Source of the DNA: Candidatus Latescibacterota bacterium | GTDB taxonomy: Bacteria; Latescibacterota; UBA2968; UBA8231 | Length of the DNA: 64,000 bases | Assembly (NCBI GenBank): GCA_965203355.1 | Contig: OZ241889.1 | Span: 3,976,280-4,040,279, forward strand | Reading direction: 5' to 3' | Shown here: piece by piece, positions 50,818 to 60,580 of the stretch | How positions within the stretch are numbered: position 1 is the stretch's first letter | Layout of the letters: each line of letters begins with the position of its first letter | Notes under the pieces: model-generated | Databases searched by the model: none | Told to the model about the DNA's origin: nothing | What the model saw: only the letters and a program-made list of their open reading frames with translations | Program-made: the position numbers and the translations under genes

Positions 50818-51085
50818 ACCCGAAGAGTCGCGAGAAAAAAGGCACAAGCTAATCGAAGATGTTTTCATCTTGCTCTGCATCGCCAGCCTGTGGCCCGTGG
50901 TGTTAGGCTGGACCGAGCCGATCTATCAGTATTTGCTCTACGCAGCACTGGCGGGTCTGATCTTCATTTTCATCCGGCGCGTCCGCCGCTTCCACGACGC
51001 CCGCAACGCCCTCCGCGATGCCGAGGACGGCCCGCAGATAAGCCCCCCGCCCAAGCGCGACGAGACCGATCATTCGCAGAATTGA
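50807..51085 (+). CDS. Hypothetical small two-TM membrane protein
   Basis: The ATG overlaps the slt stop by 11 nt. Two hydrophobic segments (VFILLCIASLWPVVLGW, LLYAALAGLIFIFI). I recognise no family. Confidence 0.35.
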   Translation: MTPEPEESREKRHKLIEDVFILLCIASLWPVVLGWTEPIYQYLLYAALAGLIFIFIRRVRRFHDARNALRDAEDGPQISPPPKRDETDHSQN

Positions 51086-51213
51086 GGCGGGGACGATGAT
51101 CAACCTGAATTTGGGAGTCAAGACCGTCCCGGTGGTCGAGCATCAAATAGACGAGAGTTTCTTTAGCTATTTAGCCGAGAAGTCGATGCGAGCAAGCACT
51201 GTGCGCTAGCGTT

Positions 51214-52113
51214 TCACCGCCCTCGGCCCAGCCGCTCCAACGCCAAGACCAACACCGCGCCCGCCGCAATCAGTCCCAAACTCAGCCAAACCTCGCCGTT
51301 GAACTCCTGCGGCCACGTGCATTCGTAGCACCCGTTCTCCAGCGCGTTGCGGAACGGCCACACCTTGCCCAGAGAACCCAACATCAACCCCACCAAACAG
51401 GCCATCGTACTAGCGCGAAAGTGGGTCAGCAGGCGTTTGAGTAGCCGCGAAAAGCCGAGCAAACCAACGACCGCTCCAACGCCAAAAAGGGCCAAAACCT
51501 CCCAATCGAACTCGTGTACCGCGGTCAAAACCTGCTGGTATTTGCCCATGACCACCAGCAGAAACGAGCCGCTAATCCCCGGCAGAATCATCGCGCAGAT
51601 GGCCACCATGCCAGCCAGCACAAACTTGTAGCCTTCAACCCCAGTCTCGACCGGCACCAACGTGGTGATGGCATAGCCAACTACTGCGCCGAGCCCGGTC
51701 AGCCCCCATTGCGCCATCCCCCATCCGGCGACCTGCCGTGCGACCACGAGCGCACTGGCTAAGATCAGCCCCGTGAAAAAACCCCACACAGGCTGAGGGT
51801 GCGCTGCCAGCAGCCAAGTTATGAACTTGGCCAGCGAGACAATCGCCAAACCCACGCCGCACAGCAGCGGCACCAAAAAAGAAGCATTGACGCGGTGCAA
51901 CACCTCGATCAAGCGTCCCCGCACCAAGGCACGCACGAGCCGTTGATCAACGGCGGCAATCGTCCCGACCAGTTCGTCGTAAATGCCCGTGACCAAGGCG
52001 ATCGTCCCCCCGGAAACCCCGGGAATCACATCGGCCGTGCCCATGCAAAGCCCGCGCAAAACCAACCCAAGTGCGCGTCGTCTGCCTTCGATTAGCAACT
52101 CACTTGCTGTCAC
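51214..52113 (-). CDS. DUF368-family integral membrane protein
   Basis: GTADVIPGVSGGTIALVTGIY plus a second ILPGISGS repeat. Start is uncertain; the GTG at 52113 overlaps the mutY stop by 14 nt. Confidence 0.75.
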   Translation of the reverse strand: MTASELLIEGRRRALGLVLRGLCMGTADVIPGVSGGTIALVTGIYDELVGTIAAVDQRLVRALVRGRLIEVLHRVNASFLVPLLCGVGLAIVSLAKFITWLLAAHPQPVWGFFTGLILASALVVARQVAGWGMAQWGLTGLGAVVGYAITTLVPVETGVEGYKFVLAGMVAICAMILPGISGSFLLVVMGKYQQVLTAVHEFDWEVLALFGVGAVVGLLGFSRLLKRLLTHFRASTMACLVGLMLGSLGKVWPFRNALENGCYECTWPQEFNGEVWLSLGLIAAGAVLVLALERLGRGR

Positions 52114-53227
52114 CAAACAGCTCCATCTGCGGGGTGTGCTTGCGCATGAACTCGGCAATCAGGCGATCAGCACGCGGCAGGGCGAAGTCGTCCAACGCCT
52201 CCGGCGTGACCCAGCGCCAAGCAGCGCAGCCCAGCGTCTGAGGGGTGCCGCACACATAGCGCGCGGCAAACGCATGTAAGGTGATGCTAAAATGCGAATA
52301 GGCGTGATCCACGCTCGTCAGGCGCGCTCCCACCTCAATCTCAATGCCCAACTCCTCGCGGATCTCGCGCACCAAGCATTCTGAAAGGGTCTCGCCGGGC
52401 TCCTGCTTGCCCCCGGGAAACTCCCACAGGCCACCGAGCATCCCGGCGGCTGGCCGCTGGGCAATCAACAACTCGTCGCCCTTGCGAATCAAGCCAGCCG
52501 CCACCTGATAATGCGGCTTCTGTTTCTTCGGGGCTTTGCGCGGCAGAGCGGCCGGGGCGTCCAGTTCGGCCTTGGCCCGGCACCAGTCGCCAACCGGACA
52601 CGTCGGGCAGGAAGGGCTTTGCGGCGTGCAAACCCGCGCACCCAATTCCATCATCGCCTGATTGAAGTCGCCGGCCTCGCCCCGGGCCAACAGGGTCTCG
52701 CCAGCCGCGATGAGTCGCGCCTTGACCTGAGCGCGAGTCGGCTCTTCCTCAATCCGCAGCAAGCGGCAGAGCACCCGGGTCACGTTGCCGTCGAGCACCG
52801 GGTGGTCGCGGTCAAAGGCAATGCTGCTGACGGCCGCGGCCGTGTATTGGCCAATCCCAGGCAGCTCAATCAGCGCTTGATACGTATCCGGTATGCGGCC
52901 TCCCAACTCAAAGGCCACGCGCTTAGCGGCCTTGTGCATGTTGCGCGCCCGCGCATAATAGCCCAAGCCCTCCCAGACCTTGAGCACTTGGTCCTCGGAA
53001 GCAGCAGCCAGCGTTTGCAGCGTGGGAAATGCGCGGATGAAACGCTCGAAATAAGGGGCCATCTGATCCACCCGAGTCTGTTGCAACATGACCTCGGATA
53101 CCCAGACGTGATAGGGATTGTCGCTGTCGCGCCAGCTCGTCTGCCGCTTGTTTTGGCGATACCACGCCAAAAGCTGAGTGCGGAAGGCGCGGAGCGCACC
53201 TTGGTCGTCGAGCAAGCGGCCGCTCAA
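52100..53227 (-). CDS. mutY: A/G-specific adenine DNA glycosylase
   Basis: HhH-GPD block VSEVMLQQTRV, 4Fe-4S cluster Cys CTPQSPSCPTCPVGDWC, C-terminal NUDIX-like WEFPGGK. TTG start in a TTGA overlap with the upstream stop. Confidence 0.9.
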   Translation of the reverse strand: MSGRLLDDQGALRAFRTQLLAWYRQNKRQTSWRDSDNPYHVWVSEVMLQQTRVDQMAPYFERFIRAFPTLQTLAAASEDQVLKVWEGLGYYARARNMHKAAKRVAFELGGRIPDTYQALIELPGIGQYTAAAVSSIAFDRDHPVLDGNVTRVLCRLLRIEEEPTRAQVKARLIAAGETLLARGEAGDFNQAMMELGARVCTPQSPSCPTCPVGDWCRAKAELDAPAALPRKAPKKQKPHYQVAAGLIRKGDELLIAQRPAAGMLGGLWEFPGGKQEPGETLSECLVREIREELGIEIEVGARLTSVDHAYSHFSITLHAFAARYVCGTPQTLGCAAWRWVTPEALDDFALPRADRLIAEFMRKHTPQMELFGDSK

Positions 53228-54180
53228 TCGTCCCCCTCTTCCGGCCAGCCGGTCTGCGGCATGGCTTTGCTATCCCCGACCGTCTCGGCGGCCAAGAGCG
53301 CATCGACGACCGCGGCGGCGGCCGCGGCCGCTCCAGCGGCAAACAGCGCATAGAGCGTTTCTTCGCCCACCATCCGCACCGGTGCGAGGCCCGTAGTGGA
53401 AAAGGCGAGGACCAAGCCCTCGCGCGTCTGTGTGCTCCACAAACCCGTCCGCGCCAGCCCCAGTGCAGCGCGACCAGCCAAACGCTCTAGCTGACGCGGG
53501 ATTAGCGGCGCGTCCGTGGCCACGATCGCGGCAAAAGTCTGCGGCCCGCCGGCTCCCTCACCTACCGGCTGGACGCGACCAGCCCAATGCAACTCGCGCC
53601 CTCCGTTGACTGCGGCCAGCACGCCCAGTGCGTATTCGCCAGCCCGGCGCGAGGCCGTGCCAATGCCGCCCTTGTAGCCAAAGGCCTGCAATCCGCCGCC
53701 GACTCCAGCATTGCCGGTGGGCACCGTGCGGCCAGCACTGGCCAACGCCTCTTCCGCGTGGGCGTGCGTCAGGACCCGGCGGACGAGCACCGGGTCGTTG
53801 ACAGCCGTATCGTCGATCCCCACGACGACCGGCGGCCAGCCAGCCGCGGTCGATAGCCCAGGGTCGCGGCGCAAGCTGTGGCGAATCAGGGATTCGTACA
53901 CCCGGCCAACGACCGGGGACGGGGCAAGGACAATAGGCGAGGAAAAGGTGCCGAAATCTTCGGCGACCCCCAGGCCGCTCATCGCGTCGCCGCCGTCTAT
54001 GGAGAAGCGACCGATAAACAGCTTGCGCTCACGTACTGAGGCCGGATACGGGATGATGGCGGTAAGGCCAGTGTGCAGGTCGAGCGTGCGAATATCCACG
54101 TGCCCCACGCGAACTCCGGCCACATCGACAATGGCATTGTGCGGTCCCGCTGCGTTGCCCGCTAGGCGCGCGCGATTCAT
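53224..54180 (-). CDS. P1/S58 (DmpA-type) aminopeptidase family protein, cytoplasmic paralog
   Basis: GPHNAIVDVAGVRVGH, GLTAIIP, FAAIVATDAPL. No signal peptide. ATGA overlap with the upstream paralog. Confidence 0.8.
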   Translation of the reverse strand: MNRARLAGNAAGPHNAIVDVAGVRVGHVDIRTLDLHTGLTAIIPYPASVRERKLFIGRFSIDGGDAMSGLGVAEDFGTFSSPIVLAPSPVVGRVYESLIRHSLRRDPGLSTAAGWPPVVVGIDDTAVNDPVLVRRVLTHAHAEEALASAGRTVPTGNAGVGGGLQAFGYKGGIGTASRRAGEYALGVLAAVNGGRELHWAGRVQPVGEGAGGPQTFAAIVATDAPLIPRQLERLAGRAALGLARTGLWSTQTREGLVLAFSTTGLAPVRMVGEETLYALFAAGAAAAAAAVVDALLAAETVGDSKAMPQTGWPEEGDD

Positions 54181-55295
54181 TTGAGCCGACCGTAGGCACG
54201 CATGATTTCGAGCAAGCGGTCCAGCGGCAGGGCGTGGATGGTATTGCCGCCGCGGCCCGTCATGGTGTGGGCCGTAGTCAGCGAGTTGAGAATGGCTTCC
54301 TCCGTGGCCTCAACCACCCCTTGGAACACGCCCGAGATCCAGCGGTCCGCGAGCATGGCGAGCGCGTCCGACGGCTCGGGAGAGGCCGCGGAAAACGCCA
54401 ACACGAGGTCGCCGCTGCCGTGCGTGGAAATAGCACCCGTGCGCGCCATGCCCAAAGCCACCCGCTTGCACACGCGCTGGAGTTGAAACGGGATCAACGG
54501 CGCGTCCGTGGCCACGGCCGCAATCATGGACTTGCTCTTGCTGCCACGCGCGGGCATCCGGTCTGCGATCTCCCGGCCCACCGGGACGCCATCAACGCGC
54601 AGCTGAGGCCGGCGGCCAAAATTCGCCTGCACCAACACGCCCACGGTGTAGAGTTGATCGCCGCAGGGGACCGTGCGCGACGCCGTGCCAATGCCGGCCT
54701 TAAAGCTATAGGCCCGCATCCCGGTTCCGCCCCCCACGCAGCCTTCGGCTACCGGCCCATCGCGCACCGCGTTGAGGGCCGCGGCGGCGTGGGCGGGCCG
54801 CACGTGCCGCCCGACTTCATCGTGGAGAAACGCAGCCCACGTCTCGCCGACTACGGGCGCGGGTTGCAAATCGCTTTTGAACAAATCGGGATCGCGCGCC
54901 AGCATCCACTCCACCGCCCCATCGTACACCGCGCCAACGCTGGACGTATTGGTAAAAAGGACCGGGCCAGCCAACAGACCCGTGCGGCGCATAGAGCCTA
55001 CCCCCATCAACTCGCCGTTGCCGTTGAGCGTGAAATCAGCCGCCAATGCGGGTGTGCGCGGCACAATCGCCGTCACGCCGGTACACACCAGCCCTCCCTC
55101 CTCAATCAGCGTCAGATGGCCTACCTGTACGCCCTCGACATCGGTGATGGCGTTGTGGGGGCCGGGCGCCAAGTCGCCAATGACAATGCCCAGCTCGCGC
55201 AGGCGCACCCGCTCCGGGCGCACGGGCGCAGCGCGGCCCAATGCTGGCCACGCAACCGCGCCTAGGCCCAAGCCTAAAAAGGCCCGGCGGTCCAT
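54177..55295 (-). CDS. P1/S58 (DmpA-type) aminopeptidase family protein with twin-arginine signal
   Basis: MDRRAFLGLGLGAVAWPALGRA (RRxFL Tat motif), then GPHNAITDVEGVQVGH, GVTAIVP, FTNTSSVG, IAAVATDAPL. The ATG at 55295 is 1 nt after the IDH-like stop. Confidence 0.8.
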   Translation of the reverse strand: MDRRAFLGLGLGAVAWPALGRAAPVRPERVRLRELGIVIGDLAPGPHNAITDVEGVQVGHLTLIEEGGLVCTGVTAIVPRTPALAADFTLNGNGELMGVGSMRRTGLLAGPVLFTNTSSVGAVYDGAVEWMLARDPDLFKSDLQPAPVVGETWAAFLHDEVGRHVRPAHAAAALNAVRDGPVAEGCVGGGTGMRAYSFKAGIGTASRTVPCGDQLYTVGVLVQANFGRRPQLRVDGVPVGREIADRMPARGSKSKSMIAAVATDAPLIPFQLQRVCKRVALGMARTGAISTHGSGDLVLAFSAASPEPSDALAMLADRWISGVFQGVVEATEEAILNSLTTAHTMTGRGGNTIHALPLDRLLEIMRAYGRLK

Positions 55296-55296
55296 G

Positions 55297-56355
55297 TCAG
55301 AGTGCTTGGACAATCCGCTCCCCTAGTGCGCGGCAATTCAACGCCCCCCCCAAATCCGGCGTCCCCACGCCTTGCTCGCCGATTACCGCACGCACCGCTT
55401 CTTCAATCCGCCGCGCACCCGCGACAGCCTCGGAATCGCCGCGTTGCTGGCCCAACCAGCGCAGCATCAAAGCGGCCGATAGGATCATCGCTACTGGATT
55501 GGCCTTGCCCTGCCCGGCAATGTCGGGCGCCGTGCCGTGGGAAGGCTGGAACACGGCCGCGTCCTCGCCGATGTCCCCGGAAGGAGCCAGCCCCAAGCCG
55601 CCGACCAAACCAGCGGCCAAATCCGAGATGATGTCCCCGTACATATTCTCGGCGACCAGCACGTCGTATTCCGCTGGCTGCTGCACTAAGTACATGCTCA
55701 GGGCGTCAATGTACGCGTAGTCTCGCTCGACATCTGGGTAGTCAGCGGCCACCTCGTCGTACACGCTGCGGAAGAAGGCCATCGAGCGGAAGACGTTGGC
55801 CTTGTCGACGCACGTTACCTTCATCGGCGTCCGGCCGCGCTGCCGCGCCAACTCAAACGCGTAGCGCACCACGCGCTCCGTGCCCGTGCGCGTAATGACC
55901 ATAGAGTCCACGGCCACTTCGCCGCGCAACGCAATGCCGCCGTTCATGGAGGCAAAGAGCCCCTCGACATTCTCGCGCAGGATGACGAAGTCGATAGTGC
56001 CCGCCTCTAAGCCTTTGAGCGGAGTATGCGCGGCGGCATAGAGGTAAATCGGCCGCACTCCCGCGTACAGGTCTAGCTGAAACCGCAAGTCAACCTGTGG
56101 CCGCATCTCCGTCCCGTCCGGCCAGCGCACGTGCGGCAACCCCATCGCGCCCAACAGCACCGCATCCGCCTGACGGCATCCTTCCACCGTTGCTTCCGGC
56201 AGCGGATTTCCTTGCTCCAGATAGCACCCCGCACCACAGGGGTACTCAGCGTAGGCCAGAGCGGGAGTCCCCAAAGCATTGAGCACCTTCAGGGCCTCGT
56301 CCACGACCTCCGGTCCAATGCCGTCGCCTTTGAGGACGGCGATGTCGTAGGCCAT
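55297..56355 (-). CDS. Isocitrate/isopropylmalate dehydrogenase-family enzyme (tartrate/D-malate dehydrogenase-like)
   Basis: VLKGDGIGPEVV and NMYGDIISDLAAGLVGGLGLAPSGDIG. ATG at 56355, 2 nt after the upstream stop. Confidence 0.85.
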   Translation of the reverse strand: MAYDIAVLKGDGIGPEVVDEALKVLNALGTPALAYAEYPCGAGCYLEQGNPLPEATVEGCRQADAVLLGAMGLPHVRWPDGTEMRPQVDLRFQLDLYAGVRPIYLYAAAHTPLKGLEAGTIDFVILRENVEGLFASMNGGIALRGEVAVDSMVITRTGTERVVRYAFELARQRGRTPMKVTCVDKANVFRSMAFFRSVYDEVAADYPDVERDYAYIDALSMYLVQQPAEYDVLVAENMYGDIISDLAAGLVGGLGLAPSGDIGEDAAVFQPSHGTAPDIAGQGKANPVAMILSAALMLRWLGQQRGDSEAVAGARRIEEAVRAVIGEQGVGTPDLGGALNCRALGERIVQAL

Positions 56356-56357
56356 TT

Positions 56358-57617
56358 TTAGCTCCACAAGCGGTCGTGTGGCCGCTCGTCGTCCCACTCC
56401 TCGGTGGGGCCAAAAATCTCTGGCTGGTCCGAATCGGCAAATGACCGCAGCACTTCTTCGTTGAGGCCGCTAAAGCCCAGCCCCGGCCCCTCCGGCACGG
56501 CAATGTGCCCGTCCTCAATCAGGGGCACTGGCAAGCCCTCGACCAAGCGGCTCCACTGTTCAAGCTGATCGACCGAGTGGTTTTCGAGCACCATGAAGTT
56601 TTCGGTCGCGGCCGCGCAATGCACCGAAGCCAAGGCGGCCACCGGCGACATCGCCATGTGCAGGGCCATGGCAATGCCGTGTTCCTGCGCCAAATCGCCG
56701 ATCTTTTTGGTCTCGAGGATGCCGCCGGAAGAAGCCAAATCCGGGTGGGCGACGGCTATAGCGCGCCGTTCAAAGAGGGGTAGGAAGTTTTCCTTGAGAT
56801 AGATGTCCTCGCCCGTACACACGGGCGTATCCACGGACTCGGCGAGTCGCTGCCACTGGTCGGGCAACTGCCAAGGGATCATGTCCTCGTACCAAGCGAG
56901 GCTGAACTGATCGAGCGCCTTGCCCAAGCGGATGCAGGACTCAACGCCAATGTGGCCAAAGTGATCGACGGCCAAGGGAATCTCATAGCCGATCACCTCG
57001 CGCACCTGCGCCACGTATTCGCAGAGAATATCGATGCCCTTGTTGGTAATCTGAATTCCCGTAAACGGGTGCATGATGTCGCGGCTTTCCAACATGCCCG
57101 GCGGCGCGATCAGCGCGTCTTCAATCCCCCGCAGCAACCCAATGCCGACGTCCATTTTGAGGAACTTAAACCCCCGTTCCATCCGCTCCTTGAGCAACCG
57201 TCCCATCTCCCGCCCATCGCGCCGCGTCGGGGTATCGCAGTAGCAGAGGATGCGGTCGCGGAACTTGCCACCGGCCAGTTGGTAGGCCGGTACATTATAG
57301 GCTTTGCCCGCTAGGTCCATCAGCGCCATCTCAACGCCACAGACGCCGCCGGCCTGACGCGCGTGGTGGCCGAATTGTTTGATCTTGCGGAAGAGCTTAT
57401 CGACGTTGCAGGGATTTTCGCCGAGCAAGCGGCTTTTGAGCATCAGCGCATAGGTCGGGCTACCGCCATCGCGCACCTCGCCGTAGCCTGAGATACCTTG
57501 ATTGGTGTCGATGCGGATGATCGTTGCGCGGAACGGTGCCCGGCGTATGTTGGCGACGCGCATATCCGCGATCTTCAGTTCCGAGGGTCGGGAGTGCGCG
57601 TTCACATTTTCTTCCAT
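56358..57617 (-). CDS. Enolase-superfamily (mandelate racemase/MLE family) protein, acid-sugar-dehydratase-like
   Basis: Metal-ligand blocks AVDHFGH, AWYEDM, TGEDIY, and the capping domain GISGYGEV. ATG at 57617 with a GGAGA SD. Confidence 0.85.
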   Translation of the reverse strand: MEENVNAHSRPSELKIADMRVANIRRAPFRATIIRIDTNQGISGYGEVRDGGSPTYALMLKSRLLGENPCNVDKLFRKIKQFGHHARQAGGVCGVEMALMDLAGKAYNVPAYQLAGGKFRDRILCYCDTPTRRDGREMGRLLKERMERGFKFLKMDVGIGLLRGIEDALIAPPGMLESRDIMHPFTGIQITNKGIDILCEYVAQVREVIGYEIPLAVDHFGHIGVESCIRLGKALDQFSLAWYEDMIPWQLPDQWQRLAESVDTPVCTGEDIYLKENFLPLFERRAIAVAHPDLASSGGILETKKIGDLAQEHGIAMALHMAMSPVAALASVHCAAATENFMVLENHSVDQLEQWSRLVEGLPVPLIEDGHIAVPEGPGLGFSGLNEEVLRSFADSDQPEIFGPTEEWDDERPHDRLWS

Positions 57618-57701
57618 TCTTGTCTCCGTTTTCGCTAGGTGTATTTTAGGGTTTCCAATGATATTCCGCCTACATTTTCTCGTCAACTTATGGAGATCGA
57701 C

Positions 57702-58484
57702 ATGAAGCTGAAGGACAAAGTGGCCCTCATCACCGGCGGCAGCAGCGGCATTGGTCGCGCCGCGGCCGTGGCCATGGCCCGCCAAGGAGCCAACATTGCG
57801 CTGACGGCCCGCCGCGCCGAGCGCTGTGCAGAAGCTGTCGCCGAAATCGAAGGACTAGGCGGCCAAGCGTTGGCCTTGCCCGGCGACGTAGCTAACGCCG
57901 AGCACGTCGCCGAGCTGGTGGCCACCACCGTCGAGCATTGGGGCCGCCTCGACATCGTCGTGCCCAACGCCGGTATCAACGGCGTCTTCGCCCCCATCGA
58001 GGACATCGCGCCCGAGGAGTGGGAGCAGACGCACAACATCAACGTGCGCGGCACCTTCCTCACCGTCAAATACGCCATTCCCCATCTGCGTGCGGCCGGC
58101 GGCGGCAGCATTGTCGTGGTCTCCTCGGTCAACGGCAACCGCATCTTCTCCAACTTCGGCTTCACCGCGTATTCCTGCTCCAAAGCCGCCCAAGTGACCT
58201 TCGCCAAAATGGCCGCAGTCGAGCTGGCGCAGTGGGACATCCGCATCAACGTCGTCTGCCCTGGGGCCACCAAAACCAGCATCGGCGAGAACACCTTCCC
58301 CCGCGACCTCGACAAAATCCGCATCCCCCGCGAGTTTCCACAGGGCATGATTCCCCTGCAACAACGCGCCGCCAGTTCAGAAGAGGTCGCCAACGCCATT
58401 CTCTTTTTGGCGTCGGACGAGGCCAGCTATATCACCGGGACTGAAATGTATGTCGATGGGGCGTTGTCGCTGTTTCAGGGGTGA
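57702..58484 (+). CDS. Short-chain dehydrogenase/reductase
   Basis: TGGSSGIGRA, NAG, and catalytic YSCSKAA. ATG at 57702 with a GGAGA SD. Confidence 0.88.
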   Translation: MKLKDKVALITGGSSGIGRAAAVAMARQGANIALTARRAERCAEAVAEIEGLGGQALALPGDVANAEHVAELVATTVEHWGRLDIVVPNAGINGVFAPIEDIAPEEWEQTHNINVRGTFLTVKYAIPHLRAAGGGSIVVVSSVNGNRIFSNFGFTAYSCSKAAQVTFAKMAAVELAQWDIRINVVCPGATKTSIGENTFPRDLDKIRIPREFPQGMIPLQQRAASSEEVANAILFLASDEASYITGTEMYVDGALSLFQG

Positions 58485-58512
58485 GATTGCGGAGACATAA
58501 ATGCTGGCTCCC

Positions 58513-59289
58513 TCAAAACGCCGTCGGCCGACCCTGCGCCCCATCCACCGGGATCATCGCTCCATTGATCCAATGGGCGCGCTCGGACACCAAAAACGCC
58601 ACCACATCCGCCACCTCTTCGGGCGTCCCCAAGCGCCCAGCGGGAAACTCGCGTTCCACAAACCGCGCAAAGCGCTCGGGCTGCTCTTCCTGAAAGCGCG
58701 CCCACCCACCGCCGGGAAAAAATATCGACCCGGGCGCGACCGCGTTGACCCGCACCCCGCATTCGGCCAACTCCAACGCCAGTGCCCCAGCGAGAAAAAT
58801 CTCCGCGGCCTTCGCGCTGCCGTACTGCGCTTTGGGCCCGGGCTTCCACCCCGAGATCGACGAGACGATTGCCACCGCGCCCCCGCCGCGCTGCCGCATG
58901 TAGGGCAGGACCGCCCGCGTCGTGCGCACGGCATGGAATACGTTTAGGTCAAAGGTTGCTTCCCAGTCAGCGTCAGCGGTTTCGAGCAGGCTCTGTCCGC
59001 CAGCCGCTCCGCCCACATTGTTGACCAAAATATCCACGCCGCCCCACTCGGCCGCACAGCGCCCGACAACGGCCTCCACCTCCGGCCGCACGCGCACGTC
59101 AGCGACCTCGGCGATGGCCTCGGTCCCAGTGGCTCGCACCTGTTGCAATGCGCGCTCGAGTGGCCCTCGGTCGCGGGCGCAAATCGCCACCTTGCACCCC
59201 TCATTGGCCAGCGCCAACGCAATCGCCCGGCCAATCCCCCGACTCCCACCAGTTATCAGAGCAATTTTGTCCTTCAGTCCTAGATCCAT
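58513..59289 (-). CDS. Short-chain dehydrogenase/reductase
   Basis: TGGSRGIGRA, NNVG, and catalytic YGSAKAA. The ATG is 1 nt after the solA-like stop. Confidence 0.88.
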   Translation of the reverse strand: MDLGLKDKIALITGGSRGIGRAIALALANEGCKVAICARDRGPLERALQQVRATGTEAIAEVADVRVRPEVEAVVGRCAAEWGGVDILVNNVGGAAGGQSLLETADADWEATFDLNVFHAVRTTRAVLPYMRQRGGGAVAIVSSISGWKPGPKAQYGSAKAAEIFLAGALALELAECGVRVNAVAPGSIFFPGGGWARFQEEQPERFARFVEREFPAGRLGTPEEVADVVAFLVSERAHWINGAMIPVDGAQGRPTAF

Positions 59290-59290
59290 C

Positions 59291-60439
59291 TTATGGCCTC
59301 CTTTGTCCAAAGCGGGAAAGACGCAGGAATTCAATGGGATGCTGGGTATCGCCTTCCAGCGCCAGTTCGGCTAAAATTTCGCCTACTACCGGAGCGAACT
59401 TGAAGCCGTGGCCGGAAAAACCCGCCCCTAATACCACGGCCGGGCATTCGGGATGGACGTCCAAGACAAAGTTCTTATCCGGCGTCAGCGAATACATGCA
59501 GACCGCGTGTTTGCTCAGCTCGGGTTGCAACGCCGGAAAAAGTCGCGCGAGAAAGTCGAGGACGCAGGGCTGGTCGCCTTCAGCCAGTGAGCGATTGAGC
59601 AGGAGCGGGTCGGCTACCGGGTCGTGCGATACATTGTGCTCGGCCAGCTTGAGGCCCCACGGTGCTTCCGCGGGAAAACCATAGAAGTACCGTGCGCCGT
59701 CGGCCATGAAGAAGCAGGGGAACGCGCCGCGCGCGTACTGCTCCACACCACGCCCCTGGTACCACAACAGCACCTTGCGCACTACGCACGCCTCGACGCC
59801 CAGCCGACACAGCTCCGGCACCGCCCAAGCGCCGGTCGCCAACACCAACCGCGTGGCGAGCAAGCGCCGCCGCTCGGTTTCCACTACCACTCCTCGGCCC
59901 TCGCGCCGCCACGACAACACAACCTCCCCGGTGTAGAGCTTCGCGCCGTGTTGCTGGGCCAGCGCGACATGCCGCCGGACGCAGTCCTCGACTCGGAGAA
60001 AGCCGCCTAGCGGATCGTAAAAGCCACTCCATTTCTCGGGAAAAGCCAAACTTGGATAGCGCGCGGCAAGGGCTGCTGCATCGAGCGGTTCGTGTGGCAG
60101 ATCGTGCGCCTGATAACAGGCCGCTTGCCCCTGCATTGCCTCCGCGTCGGGATCGCCCGCCACCAACAGCCCGACGCGGGCAAAAAGTTCCCCGACCTCT
60201 TCGTCCTCCAGCTCCTCCCACAGCGCGTAGGCCCGGTGCAACAAGGGCACGTAGTCGGGATGCTCCATGTAGGCTTTGCGAATGATGCGGGTATCTCCGT
60301 GCGAAGAGCCGCGATCGTGAGCGATGCCAAAACGCTCTACCGCACAGACGCGCACACCGCGGCACGCCAAGTGGTACAGCGCGGCACTGCCCATACCACC
60401 GGCTCCGGCGACGACGACATCGTATTGTTCTGTGATCAT
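59291..60439 (-). CDS. Monomeric sarcosine oxidase / N-methyltryptophan oxidase-like FAD oxidoreductase
   Basis: DVVVAGAGGMGSA, SSHGDTRIIRKAY, covalent-FAD-type Cys context AVCMYSLTPD, GFSGHGFKF. Confidence 0.8.
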   Translation of the reverse strand: MITEQYDVVVAGAGGMGSAALYHLACRGVRVCAVERFGIAHDRGSSHGDTRIIRKAYMEHPDYVPLLHRAYALWEELEDEEVGELFARVGLLVAGDPDAEAMQGQAACYQAHDLPHEPLDAAALAARYPSLAFPEKWSGFYDPLGGFLRVEDCVRRHVALAQQHGAKLYTGEVVLSWRREGRGVVVETERRRLLATRLVLATGAWAVPELCRLGVEACVVRKVLLWYQGRGVEQYARGAFPCFFMADGARYFYGFPAEAPWGLKLAEHNVSHDPVADPLLLNRSLAEGDQPCVLDFLARLFPALQPELSKHAVCMYSLTPDKNFVLDVHPECPAVVLGAGFSGHGFKFAPVVGEILAELALEGDTQHPIEFLRLSRFGQRRP

Positions 60440-60580
60440 GGCTTGATCATACCTCTCATCGAATCGCTCAAGAGCAAAGGGGTTTAATCTGCCTCCATCG
60501 CCCGCAACCCACAACTTGACGCCGTTAGCCCCGCCCGCGATACTGTTCTGGCTCTATCAACTCCAACTCAAGGCTTATCC

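Noticed and set aside
54234-55265. 343-aa plus-strand ORF opposite the Tat-DmpA gene
   Set aside because: Same reasoning: antisense to a motif-bearing gene, Arg/His/Ala-rich, and no recognisable domain.
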